From Squalus acanthias (taxonomy: Eukaryota), in contig CM059449.1 of the NCBI GenBank assembly GCA_030390025.1, positions 1,488,001-1,552,000 on the forward strand: a stretch of 64,000 nt of DNA, given 5' to 3'. Positions 1 to 10,556 of the stretch are shown piece by piece. The translations under genes were made by a program, and so were the position numbers. The notes under the pieces are model-generated. The model made no database searches, had not been told where the DNA came from, and worked only from the letters and a program-made list of their open reading frames with translations. The stretch's first letter is position 1. Every line of letters starts with the position of its first letter.

Positions 1-98
1 AAATGGGATTAGAATAGACAGGGCTTGATGGCCGGCGCGGACACGATGGGCCGAAGAGCCTCTTTCTGTGCTGTATAACTCTATGACTATGAGTCCAT
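1..98 (+). mobile_element. CR1 LINE 3' tail
   Basis: Tail motif gggccgaa...ttctgtgctgtataactctatgact, matching the tail of the CR1 at 15394. Confidence 0.8.
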
Positions 99-1960
99 GA
101 GAATAGATTGGCAGCTAACATAAAAGGAAATTCAAAAGTCTTCTATCGGCATATAAATAATAAACGGGTAGTAAGTGGAGAGGTAGGGCTGATTAGGGAC
201 CAAAAAGGAGACCTATGCACGGAGGCAGAGGGCATGGCTGAGGTAGGAAATGAGTATTTTGCAACTCTCTTCACGAAGGAAGAAGATGCTGCTAAAGTCA
301 TAGTGAAAGAGGAGGTCGTGGAGATACTGGATGAGATAAAAATTGATAGAGGAGGTACTAGAAAGGCTGTCTGTACTTAAAGTTGGTAAATCACCAGGAC
401 CGGATGGGATGCATCCTAGGTTACTGAGGGAAGTTGAGGAGGAAATCGCAGAGTCACTGGCCATAATCTTCGGAACCTCCTCAGATATGGGTGTGGTGCC
501 AGAGGACTGGAGAATTGCAAATGTTACACCCATGTTCAAAAAAATGGTCCAAGAAAAAACCCAGCAACTACAGGCCAGTCAGTTTAACCTCGGTAGTGGG
601 GAAGCTTTTAGAAATGATAATCAGGAACAAAGTTAACAGGCACTTGGACAAGTGTGAATTAATTAAGGAAAGCCAGCACGGATTTGTTAAAGGCAAATCA
701 TTTTAACTAACTTGATCGAGTTATTTGATGAGGTATCAGAGAGGGTCGATGAGGGCAATGCGGTTGACGTGGTGTACATGGACTTCCAAAAGGCGTTTGA
801 TAAAGTGCCACATACTGCAATAGGCTTGCCAAAAAAGTTGAAGCCCATGGAATAAAAGGGACAGTGGCAGCATGGATACGAAATTGGCTGAGTGACAGAA
901 AAGAGAGTAGTGGTGAACAGTTGTTTCTCGGACTGGAGGAAAGTATACAGTGGTGTTCCCCAGGGGTCAGTACTATGACCACTGCTTTTCTTGATATATA
1001 TCAATGACTTGGACTTGGGTATACAGCGCACAAGTTCAAAATTTGCAGATGACACAAAACTTGGAAGTAGAGTGAACAGTGGAGGATAGTGATAGACTTC
1101 AAGAAGACATAGACAGGCTGGTGAAATGGGCGGACACGTGGCAGATGAAATCTAACGCAGAAAAGTGTGAAGTGATCATTTTGGTAGGAAGAATGAAGAG
1201 AGGCAATATAAATTAAACGGTATAATCCTAAAGGGGGTGCATGAACAGAGAGACCTGGGGTTGTATGTGCACAAATTGTTGAAGGTGGCAGGAGGCAGAT
1301 TGAGAAAGCAGTTAAAAAAAAGCATACGTGATCCTGGGCTTCACAAATAGAGGTATAGAGTACAAAAGCAAGGGAGTTATGATGAACCTTTATAAAACAC
1401 GGCCTCAACTGGAGTATTGTCTGCAATTCTGGGCACCACACTTTAGGAAAGATGTGAAGGCCTTAGAGAGGATGCAGAAAAGATTTACGAGAATGATTCC
1501 AGGGATGAGGGACTTCAGTTATGTGGATAGACTGGAGAAGCTGGGGTTGTTCTCCTTGGAGCAGAGAAGGTGGAGAGGAGATTTGATAGAGGTGTTCAAA
1601 ATCATGAGGGGTCTAGACAGAGCAGATAGAGAGAAACTGTTCCCACTGATGGAAGGGTCGAGAACCAGAGGGCTCAGTTTTAAGGTGATCGGCAGAAGAA
1701 CCAAAGGCGACATGAGGAAAAACCTTCTTTACACAGCGAGTGATTATGATCTGGAATGCACTGCCTGAAAGGGTAGTGGAGGCAGACTCAATCGTGGCTT
1801 TCAAAAGGGAGTTGGATAAGTACCTGAAGGAAAAAAAATTTGCAGGGCTACGGGGAAAGGGCGGGGGAGTGGGACTAGCTGAAGTGCTCTTGCAGAGAGC
1901 CAGCACGGGCTCGACGGGCCGAATGGCCTCCTTCTGTGCTGTAATCAGTCTATGATTCAT
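99..1960 (+). mobile_element. 5'-truncated CR1 LINE (ORF2 RT region, frameshifted) with 3' tail
   Basis: KSPGPDGMHPRLL, NYRPVSLTSVVGK, KFADD-type and RPQLEYC motifs in broken frames; tail gggccgaatggcctccttctgtgctg. Confidence 0.93.
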
Positions 1961-2607
1961 CTACAAGACCTGGTTTGATTACTACACGACCCCCTCCCAG
2001 CCCGCCCGACACGCTCATATCCCGCTCCACCTGAAGATTTCTTTTGGGTTTGACTTCACGTGTGGAATGTCCGCGGGAGACTGAGTAGTCTTAAATAAAT
2101 GTTTAAATTTAATTGAAATAGCAACAAAAGAATTACATACGACGCAGTTAACCATTCCTCCTAATGTCACTGACAGCAATTTCAGGGCTGTTTCTGTTCA
2201 TAGCATTTCTAGTGCAGCAAGCATCAGTTTTTCAAAATGATGGAAAACGTGCATCTAAAATGTAACCTGTTGTAAGTTCACATATAAGAATCTTTTCCTG
2301 TGTGTTTGGTGGCGTGAAGTAGGTTGAGCTGGAGGTATCCAGCACAGAGAGACTGTGAAACTCCACTGGAATATGGAACAGCAATTTAGAGTTCTGCAGC
2401 CGAATGCAGGCTTTCCCAATCCCGGATCAGTAAGTGATGGTTTGTACTGTGATGTACTTTAGTGAAATTGAACGCAGTGATATTAAATCACTGTTACTGC
2501 GAGATTATAGATCATCTTATTCTGTACAATTATAAGAAAAAATGATTTTCTGTATATTTCAGTGTTTACACAATTCAAGATTTTAAACATTTTTTGTAAG
2601 ATGTTAC

Positions 2608-2757
2608 CTTTCCATTCTTTCCATGTATAGAAAACACCGTTCCATCGTTCTAACCAGTAGAGAAGAGCTGCAATTATTAGAATAGCATTGAGAAGCGTGA
2701 ATATACAGAAAGCCACACTCCATCCTGAAACTCCCATCTCCTGAGGGAAAAACTCAT
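2608..2757 (-). CDS. Butyrophilin-like gene A, transmembrane exon
   Basis: cag acceptor 2760-2758, gt donor 2607, 150 nt in phase 1-1; DEFFPQEMGVSGW followed by hydrophobic SVAFCIFTLLNAILIIAALLYWL. Confidence 0.8.
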
Positions 2758-2905
2758 CTGTAAATAAACAAAGAAACTTATTTGTTGTAGAACTAAGATA
2801 CCATTGACATGTCAAACAATAAATCTATCAGACTGGTGAATGTGTTCATGTGAATATTTCATAAATATGTCATAAACCCTCTGTTGAGGAGGGCTCGTCA
2901 CTGAC

Positions 2906-3189
2906 CTGCTATCTCAATAATCCCTTCTCTTTCCTCGAAGAGCAATCTGTTCCTCATCAGACAGGAGTAGCTTTCCCCAAGATCCTTTGTGATGTTGATG
3001 TGACTTTCGATAGTGACAGCTCCGCTGGACTCTGCAGTATTCAGGGTTTTAGACGGTGCAGAAATGTCCGGTCCATCTGTGTAGCTCCAGGATACCTCAG
3101 GGGCCGGGTACCATCCACTGGATTTACACACAAGACTCCCCCTCGCTCATGGAATCCTTCAACATGGATCTCAGGTTGACTCCCAGACA
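2906..3189 (-). CDS. Butyrophilin-like gene A, IgC exon (1-nt frameshift in G5 run at 3138-3142)
   Basis: GSQPEIHVEGFHERG in one frame, then LVCKSSGWYPAPEVSW...YSCLMRNRLL in another; tag acceptor and gtcag donor; 284 nt (285 would keep phase). Confidence 0.85.
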
Positions 3190-3709
3190 CTACAAATATG
3201 GAAAATAAACTGCATATTATTTTATTGTACCAATACATCTATTGGATAAATACGGTCCATGCAGTGTGTAATTATTGAAAGGGATGGTTCAGGAGAGGAT
3301 TTTTAATAGGGTTTTGTTCCAGAACGAATCACTGTTCTTGACCTCTGCCATCAGTTGATACAGATGTGGTACTGGATCTAAATTGTGATAATTGCAGTTG
3401 GATGTTTTTGCTGGTCCTGACCCACAAATTAATAGATTTATTGAATTCAATTTCAATAACTGTCATGGAGAGGGGAGGCGGGGGATTTGAACTCTCAACC
3501 TCTGGTTACCAGACAAGTACATAAACACCAGGCTACCAGATCCAGACAGATTCACTCATCTCTTCATTGAACAGAATGTTACGGTTTACCAGAGAAAATA
3601 ATGTTTATCTCAGTGGAATAATCCATTTACTTTCACAATAAACTACAAATTCATGCTCACTGGCAGAAACATTGATCTGTGCGTATTAACAAACTTTAAT
3701 ATTTCAGAT

Positions 3710-5680
3710 TCTGATGTGTGTGACTGGAAGGATGAATGAGGAGAGGCAATTTTTAAAAATGGTACAATTTTCAAGGGGTACCGAAATAGAGAAACCCGGG
3801 GTTCACATACGCAAATCCTTGAGGGTTGCAGGACAAGCTGATAAGCCTGTTAAACAACCATACGGGACCCTTGGCTTTATAATTAGAGGCATAGAGTACA
3901 AAACCAAGGAAGTTATGCTAAACCTTTATAAAACACTGGTTAGGCATCAGCTGGAAAATTGTGGCCAATTCTGGGCATCACACTTTAGGAAACATGTCAA
4001 AGCCTTGGAGAGGGTGCAGAGGAGATTTCCTACAATGGCACCAGGGATCAGGGACTTCAGTTATTTGGAGAGATTGGAGGAGCTGGGATTGTTCTCCTCA
4101 GACCAAAAAAGGTTTTGGGGAGATTTGATCGAGGAGTTCAAAATCATGAAGGGTATTGTTAGAGTAAATCAGGAGAAACTGTTTGCACTGGCTGGCGGGT
4201 CAGTAACCAGAGGACACAGATAGAAAGGTAATTGGCAAAATAACAGAGGGGAAATGAGGAGAATTTGTTTTTTACGCAGTGAGTTATAAGAACATAAGAA
4301 ATAGGAGCAGGAGTAGACCAATCGGCCCCTCGAGCCTGCTCCGCCATTCAATGAGATCATGGCTGATCTGATCCAACCTCAACTCTAAAGAACACAAGAA
4401 GTAGGAGCAGGACCCGGCCACTCGGCCCCTGGGCCCGCTCCGCCACCCACAGGGCCTTGACCGATCCGAACTCAAACTCATGTCCAATTTCCAGCCCGCT
4501 ATCCGTAACCCCTAATTCCCTTTACTTCTAGGAAACGGTCTATTTCTGTTTTAAATTTATTTAATGAAGTAGCTTCCACAGCTTCCTGGGGTAGCAAATT
4601 CCACAGACCCACTACCCTCTGAGTGAAAAAGTTTCTCCTCATCTCAGTTTTGAAAGAGCAGCCCCTTATTCTAAGATTATGTCCCCTAGTTCTAGTTTCA
4701 CCCATCATTGGGAACATCCTCACCGCGTCCGCCCGATCAAGCCCCTTCACAATCTTATATATTTCAATAAGATCGCCTCTCATTCTTCTGAACTCCAATG
4801 AGTAGAGTCCCAATCTACTCAACCTCTCCTCGTATGTCCACCCCCTCATCCCCGGAATTAACCGAGTGAACCTTCTTTGTACTGCCTCGAGAGCAAGTAT
4901 GTCTTTTCTTAAGTATGGACACCAAAACTGTATGCAGTACTTCAGGTGCGGTCTCACCAATACCCTATACAACTGCAGCAATACCTCCCTGTTTTTATAT
5001 TCTATCCCCCTAGCAATAAAAGCTAACATTCCATTGGCTTTCTTGATCACCTGCTGCACCTGCATACTAACTTTTTGATTTTCTTGCACCAAGACCCCCA
5101 GATCCCTTTGTACTGCAGTACTTTCCAGTTTCTCGCCATTAAGATAATAACTTGCTCTCTGATTTTTCCTGCCAAAGTGCATAACCTCACATTTTCCAAT
5201 ATTGTATTGCATCTGCCAAATCTCTGCCCACTCACCCAGCCTGTCTATATCCCCTTGTAGGTTTTTTATGTCCTCCTCACTTTCTACTTTCCCTCCCATC
5301 TTTGTATCATCTGCAAACTTTGATATGTTACACTCGGTCCCCTCCTCCAAATCGTTAATATAGATTGTAAAGAGTTGGGGACCCAGCACCGATCCCTGCG
5401 GAACACCACTGGCTACTGGTTACCAGTCCGAGAATGAACCATTTATCCCAACTCTCTGCTTCCTGTTAGATAACTGGAATGCACTGCCTGAAAGGGCTGT
5501 GCAAGCAGATTCAACAGAAACTTTCAAAATGGATTTGGATAAATACTTGAAAAGGAAAAAGGGCTAGGGGGAAAGAGCAGGGGAGTGGGATTAATTGGAT
5601 AGCACTTTCAAAGAGCCGGCACAGGCACAATGGGCCGAATGGCCTCCTTCTGTGCTGTGTGATTCTATTATTCTATAAAA
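3710..5680 (+). mobile_element. CR1 3' fragment interrupted by an opposite-strand CR1
   Basis: ORF 3714-4223 is CR1 ORF2 C-terminus; sequence resumes at about 5476 (ctggaatgcactgcctgaaag) and runs to the tail. Confidence 0.85.
4286..5475 (-). mobile_element. Young 5'-truncated CR1 with doubled 3' tail
   Basis: 296-aa open ORF with KFADD; closely similar to the copy at 30884-32014. Confidence 0.93.
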
Positions 5681-6129
5681 CTAGTTTTCCTGTATTAAAA
5701 AGGTATTAACACATCTGGTTCAATGTACAAGTGTCAATGTTTCCTGGTTAATCCCAATATTGAGGCCGGAAAACTGCTCCCATGAGGCATCAGCAGATAA
5801 CGGAGAATGCGAATGTTTGGAATTTGTCTCTTTCTACTTTCTCCAGATCATTTGAAGCTTTTTTTGTGAGGCCTCATTTTGATATTGTTGCCGAACAGGT
5901 GTGAAGGGCCAAGGCCCAGACAGGAGGCCTCCACCATGGTACAGAACAGACTAGAGAGGATGCAAATCATGAAGCTGTGATCAGGGGAGGCCACACTTGA
6001 GTTTTTAAAAGCCGTAGATTGTAGGAGGAGGAGAAAGCTGAGGGAGGCCAGGAGTTCGACAGCTCTGCAGTCCTGGGAAAGAATGAGTTACAGTCAGACT
6101 CAGTGGGTGACTCGGACTCCAACACGGTG

Positions 6130-7085
6130 AGGATCTGAAATCAGCTCAGGCTAAACACACTGGACCCTCAATGGATTAACAAAGAGATTGAAGTGAAATA
6201 AGAGGAGAAATGGCTACAAATCCTGCAGGGAGAAAGGAGAAGGGGTTCACTGGGATGAATATAGGAATGTGCAGGAACACGTTCAGCAGGTGATGAGAAG
6301 GGCCAGAAGAGGCCCCGAAAAATGCACAGCAGCTGAAGTGAAACATTACAGTAAATAAACATCAGTCCTACAGCAGTGACAGGAATGTCAGAGAATCGGC
6401 GAAAACCATAAATGATTCAAACAGTATCAGAACTGGGGGCAAGCACAAAATAGGAAATATTCTGAATTATCATTTCCTGGAAGTATTCATAAGGGAAAAT
6501 GAGCAACATTCTCTCCCCCGACCCCCAAACTAAATGGCTAAAAACAGTGGACTACAAGTCAGAGGAAGCCACGATCAAACTGCACGGTGCTCTGGTCAGA
6601 GCCCACCTTGAATAATGTGTCCAGTTCTGGCCATTGAGAAACAAGGGAGACATTTGAACACTGGAGGCAGAGCGGAGAAGATCCACCAGACTCATCCCCA
6701 GTGTCAGGGGTCTGAGTGACGGGAAAAGACTGGAGAAACCTGGGATTTGCACCTGGAAAGGAGGCTTCTGAGAGGGGACCTTGTCGAGGTAGATATAGGT
6801 AGTTAAAGGAACGGAAAAGGTAAAGCTGAATTATTACTTTAAATTGTGAGAGTGGGACAAGTGAACACAGGTTCAAACTAGTAAAAGGTAAATGTGAGAC
6901 TGGTAACAGCAAGTTCATCAAACAAAGAGTGATCAACACATGGAATGGACTCTGGACAGAGTGCTGGAGGAGAAAACCCTGGAGAGGTTTAAGAAACAAT
7001 TGGAGGTCCAATGGGGGAAGTTAGGGTCTTTCTAGTTAGAATAAAATGGGCCGAACGGCCTTCCTCATCTGTAATTGTCTTGAGA
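6130..7085 (+). mobile_element. Old degenerate CR1 fragments
   Basis: Decayed LVRAHLE*CVQFWP / RRSTRLIP coding remnants and a tgggccgaacggccttcctc tail. Confidence 0.6.
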
Positions 7086-7465
7086 TCCAGGGAGGAGGAG
7101 GAGGGAATCTCAGGCCATGAGATAAAGTGTTGGTCCAGAGTCCCAGTGACACGTTCTACAGTGAATCTACACCCACAATGAGCACCATGCAGATTGAGAT
7201 GTAGAAGATCCCCAGTGTTCCCGAGACTGATTGTTCAGAATGAGAGTGAACGGATCGAGCACGGTTTCATTCCCTCCACAATCCAATCACAATACGGAAC
7301 ATTAACTCCATGTACTCAAACTGAAGCAGCAATAACAGTTAAGAATCAATGTTGGTATTCCAAGTTTATAAATTAATTAAAAAGACATTTTACATGGGGA
7401 TGTAAATTTCTGAATAATTTTTGGTGACTATATTCACAGATTCAGTTCTCTGTATCAATACCTAC

Positions 7466-7807
7466 CGGCTACTGTTAGTTCTGCATCTCCTGCATCCAGC
7501 CAGGAACTGGTGCTCACTATGCATTTGTATTTACCCTCATCGGAGATACGTACATTGCTTAGACGAACAGAGATATTTCCTTGATCGAATTTGTCCGTAA
7601 AGAGTTTAATCCTTCCATAATAGTTGCTTGACTTTGCACGACTGCGTCCATTTATAAATAAAACTACAGTTTCACGGGTATCTTCTTTTAACCATTCCAG
7701 TTCCATACTCAGAGGGTCAAAGCTCGGTGTGACCCGACAGTTCAGCGTGATGCTACTACCCACGGTCACTAGTACTGGGCTGTCTGCACCGGTCACTTCG
7801 AAGTCTC
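7466..7807 (-). CDS. Butyrophilin-like gene A, IgV exon
   Basis: 342 nt in phase 1-1; DFEVTGADSPVLVTVGSSITLNC...LEW...GRIKLFTDKFDQGNISVRLSNVRISDEGKYKC...ELTVA (B7/BTN V-set). Confidence 0.92.
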
Positions 7808-7898
7808 CTGTAACTGAAGAATGAATAGCATTTAAATACTGTCACAGCACACATTGTACAGATAATCCAGACTTCATGCCTTTAACCCAGTCTCTTAC

Positions 7899-7956
7899 CA
7901 GCTGCTGTAATCTGAATCTGTAACAATAGGAATGACGCCAGTAAGCGATTCTCCAT
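7899..7956 (-). CDS. Butyrophilin-like gene A, signal-peptide exon
   Basis: ATG at 7956, MENRLLASFLLLQIQITAA, G|gtaag phase-1 donor joining in frame to the IgV exon. Confidence 0.8.
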
Positions 7957-8233
7957 TGTGGACCCTGTAAATTAGATCAGAGTTACCTGGATCAGCCACC
8001 CATTGTTTTCATGCTGCATTATTAACACCCTTTTCATATCACTGACAATAATTCTCATATCTTGATGTGAAAGGAAGAAACAGCTGGATGCTGCAACAGG
8101 AAGAAGGCAGGGCTGGTATTCCAGAAAGATAAAGAGAACAGGCTGAAGAACTCTCTTCATTCAAACCTGTCTGGGCGGCGAGTAAGATTTCACTAAAATA
8201 ACAGCATGACCCTGATGTTTTATTTCAGTGTGT

Positions 8234-8414
8234 TGCAGAAATGTGTGGGGATCTATCCATCCAGTAATCAGTGCTGTTCACTGATCAGAGTAGTAAATGA
8301 ATGACTATAGGAAGGAGACACTGCAGAAATGTGTGGGGTTCTATCCAGTAATCAGTGCTGTTCACTGATCAGAGTAATAAATGAATGACTATAGAAACAA
8401 TAGGAAGGAGACAC
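8234..8414. repeat. Two-copy ~88-bp tandem duplication
   Basis: tgcagaaatgtgtgggg...aggaaggagacac occurs at 8234 and 8322. Confidence 0.8.
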
Positions 8415-8964
8415 TGGCCTTGGAGAAAGTACAGTGGTGATTGACCAGGGTGAGCTGTTGGACGAAGGGGCTGAGTCATCACAAGAGACTGGGTGAATTC
8501 AGGATCTATTCGCTGGAGATACAGTAAGAGGATGATCTGATCAATGTGTTTAAAATAATGAAGGGAATGACGGGGTAGACAGGAAACAAGTTTCTGACTG
8601 CTGGGGATTCGAAAACAAGACACAAAATATGGAGAAACGAGAAAATTGAGATTAAAAAGATATTATTGCTAACAAAATGGTGGAGCAGGCTCAGTGAGCT
8701 GAATGGCACTGCCGACCTGGATTCTGGTTTGTAATTTTCTGTGTGACAGAGGGAAATATTTAAAGTCTTCTACCTGTTCAATCCAACCTAGCTATTTTTG
8801 TCTGGGGCCAGCTGAAGCCCAAGATCTTGAATTGAACAGCACCCTCTGTTTTCTGTAGATTTGTACCATATTTCACTGCAGGACAATGAGGAAAAGCACA
8901 CTTCATCATGTGAGCGGGTTGTCCAATTTATGAATGAAGCCAAACCCCAAAACTTCAGAAAGAA

Positions 8965-9140
8965 AAAAAGAATATCCTGGAAACAGCAGATGAGGCAGCT
9001 TCTGTGGAGAGAATAGAGGAGCTGATGCTTCAGGTTTGAACGTTTCTTCACAAAGGAGTTTCTCCATTCCCTCCACAGATGTTGCCTGACCTGGTGAGTG
9101 TTTCCAGATGTTTCAGATTGCCAGCATTTACAGTTTTTTT
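8965..9140. mobile_element. Degenerate inverted pair of Penelope termini
   Basis: Diverged match to the ctccacggatgctgcctggcctgctgag...ccagcat terminus on both strands. Confidence 0.5.
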
Positions 9141-9466
9141 ACCTTTTGTTCCCAAGAATTTCTGTCCATGTTATTCTCATTGGCCCGGATTTTGCTGAGC
9201 GGCAAATGAAAGGCTTTCACTGTTCACCTCACGTACAGTTAAGAACATAAGAAATAGGAGCAGAAATAGGACACTTAACCCCTCGAGCCTGCTCCGCCAT
9301 TCAATAAGATCATGGCTGATCTTCGGCTCAAAGCCACTTCCCAGCCCGCTCCCCAAAACCCTTCGACGATAGCAAAATACTGCGGATGCTGGAAATCTGA
9401 AATAACAACAGAAAACGCTGGAAAAACTCAGCAGGCCAGGCAGCATCCGTGGAGAGAGAAAGAGAG

Positions 9467-9501
9467 TTAACGTTTCAGGTCGATGACCTTTCGTCAGAAC
9501 T
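9467..9501 (-). ncRNA. Minimal hammerhead ribozyme (PLE family 2)
   Basis: Reverse complement reads agtt-CTGACGA-aaggtc-atc-gacct-GAAACGTT-aact. Confidence 0.8.
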
Positions 9502-10519
9502 GTGAAGAGCCGGAAATCAAATAGATTTAAGGCCAGAGTAAAGCTGGGAAAAGGGGGAGGGGATAAAAGAACAAAGGGGGAGATGAAGACACATTAAGAG
9601 ACATTAAGAGATATGCAAGGCTAGAGGTGGTGTTAATGTGACAGATTAAGGCTGAAAGAAGTGTGAAATCCACTGGCAGAATGAAGGACAGCTGCCAGCT
9701 TCTAGGAGGAAAAAAAAGGTGGGGGAGGCAAATAAAAGGGTGGAAAAAATAAAATATAAATGTGATTGGAGCTGAGGTTATGATCTAAAATTGTTGAACT
9801 CGATATTGAGTCCAGAGGGCTGTAGCGTGCCTAAACGAAAGATGAGGTGCTGTTCCTCGAGCTTACGCTGCGCTTCCGTGGAACAGTGTAATAGGCCGAG
9901 GACGGTGAGGTCAGAGTGGGAGTGAAGCGGTGAATTAAAGTGACAGGCGACCGGGAGCTCGGGGTCCCCCTTACGGACTGAACGGAGGTGTTCCGCAAAG
10001 AGGGAGACCAAACGCAGATTGGGTGACCGCTTTGCGGAACACCTCCGTTCAGTCCGTAAGGGGGACCCCGAGCTCCCGGTCGCCTGTCACTTTAATTCAC
10101 CGCTTCACTCCCACTCTGACCTCACCGTCCTCGGCCTATTACACTGTTCCACGGAAGCGCAGCGTAAGCTCGAGGAACAGCACCTCATCTTTCGTTTAGG
10201 CACGCTACAGCCCTCTGGACTCAATATCGAGTTCAACAATTTTAGATCATAACCTCAGCTCCAATCACATTTATATTTTATTTTTTCCACCCTTTTATTT
10301 GCCCCCCCCCACCTTTTTTTTCCTCCTAGAAGCTGGCAGCTGTCCTTCATTCTGCCAGTGGATTTCACACTTCTTTCAGCCTTAATCTGTCACATTAACA
10401 CCACCTCTAGCCTTGCATATCTCTTAATGTCTCTTCATCTCCCCCTTTGTTCTTTTATCCCCTCCCCCTTTTCCCAGCTTTACTCTGGCCTTAAATCTAT
10501 TTGATTTCCGGCTCTTCAC

Positions 10520-10556
10520 AGTTCTGACGAAAGGTCATCGACCTGAAACGTTAACT
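10520..10556 (+). ncRNA. Minimal hammerhead ribozyme (PLE family 2)
   Basis: agtt CTGACGA aaggtc atc gacct GAAACGTT aact: core, stem II, palindromic ACGT stem III, stem I agtt/aact. Confidence 0.82.

Noticed and set aside
7972-8160. ORF MKRVLQPVLFIFLEY as the leader of gene A
   Set aside because: It would need a 22-nt intron; the exon at 7899-7956 is a better leader with the correct phase.
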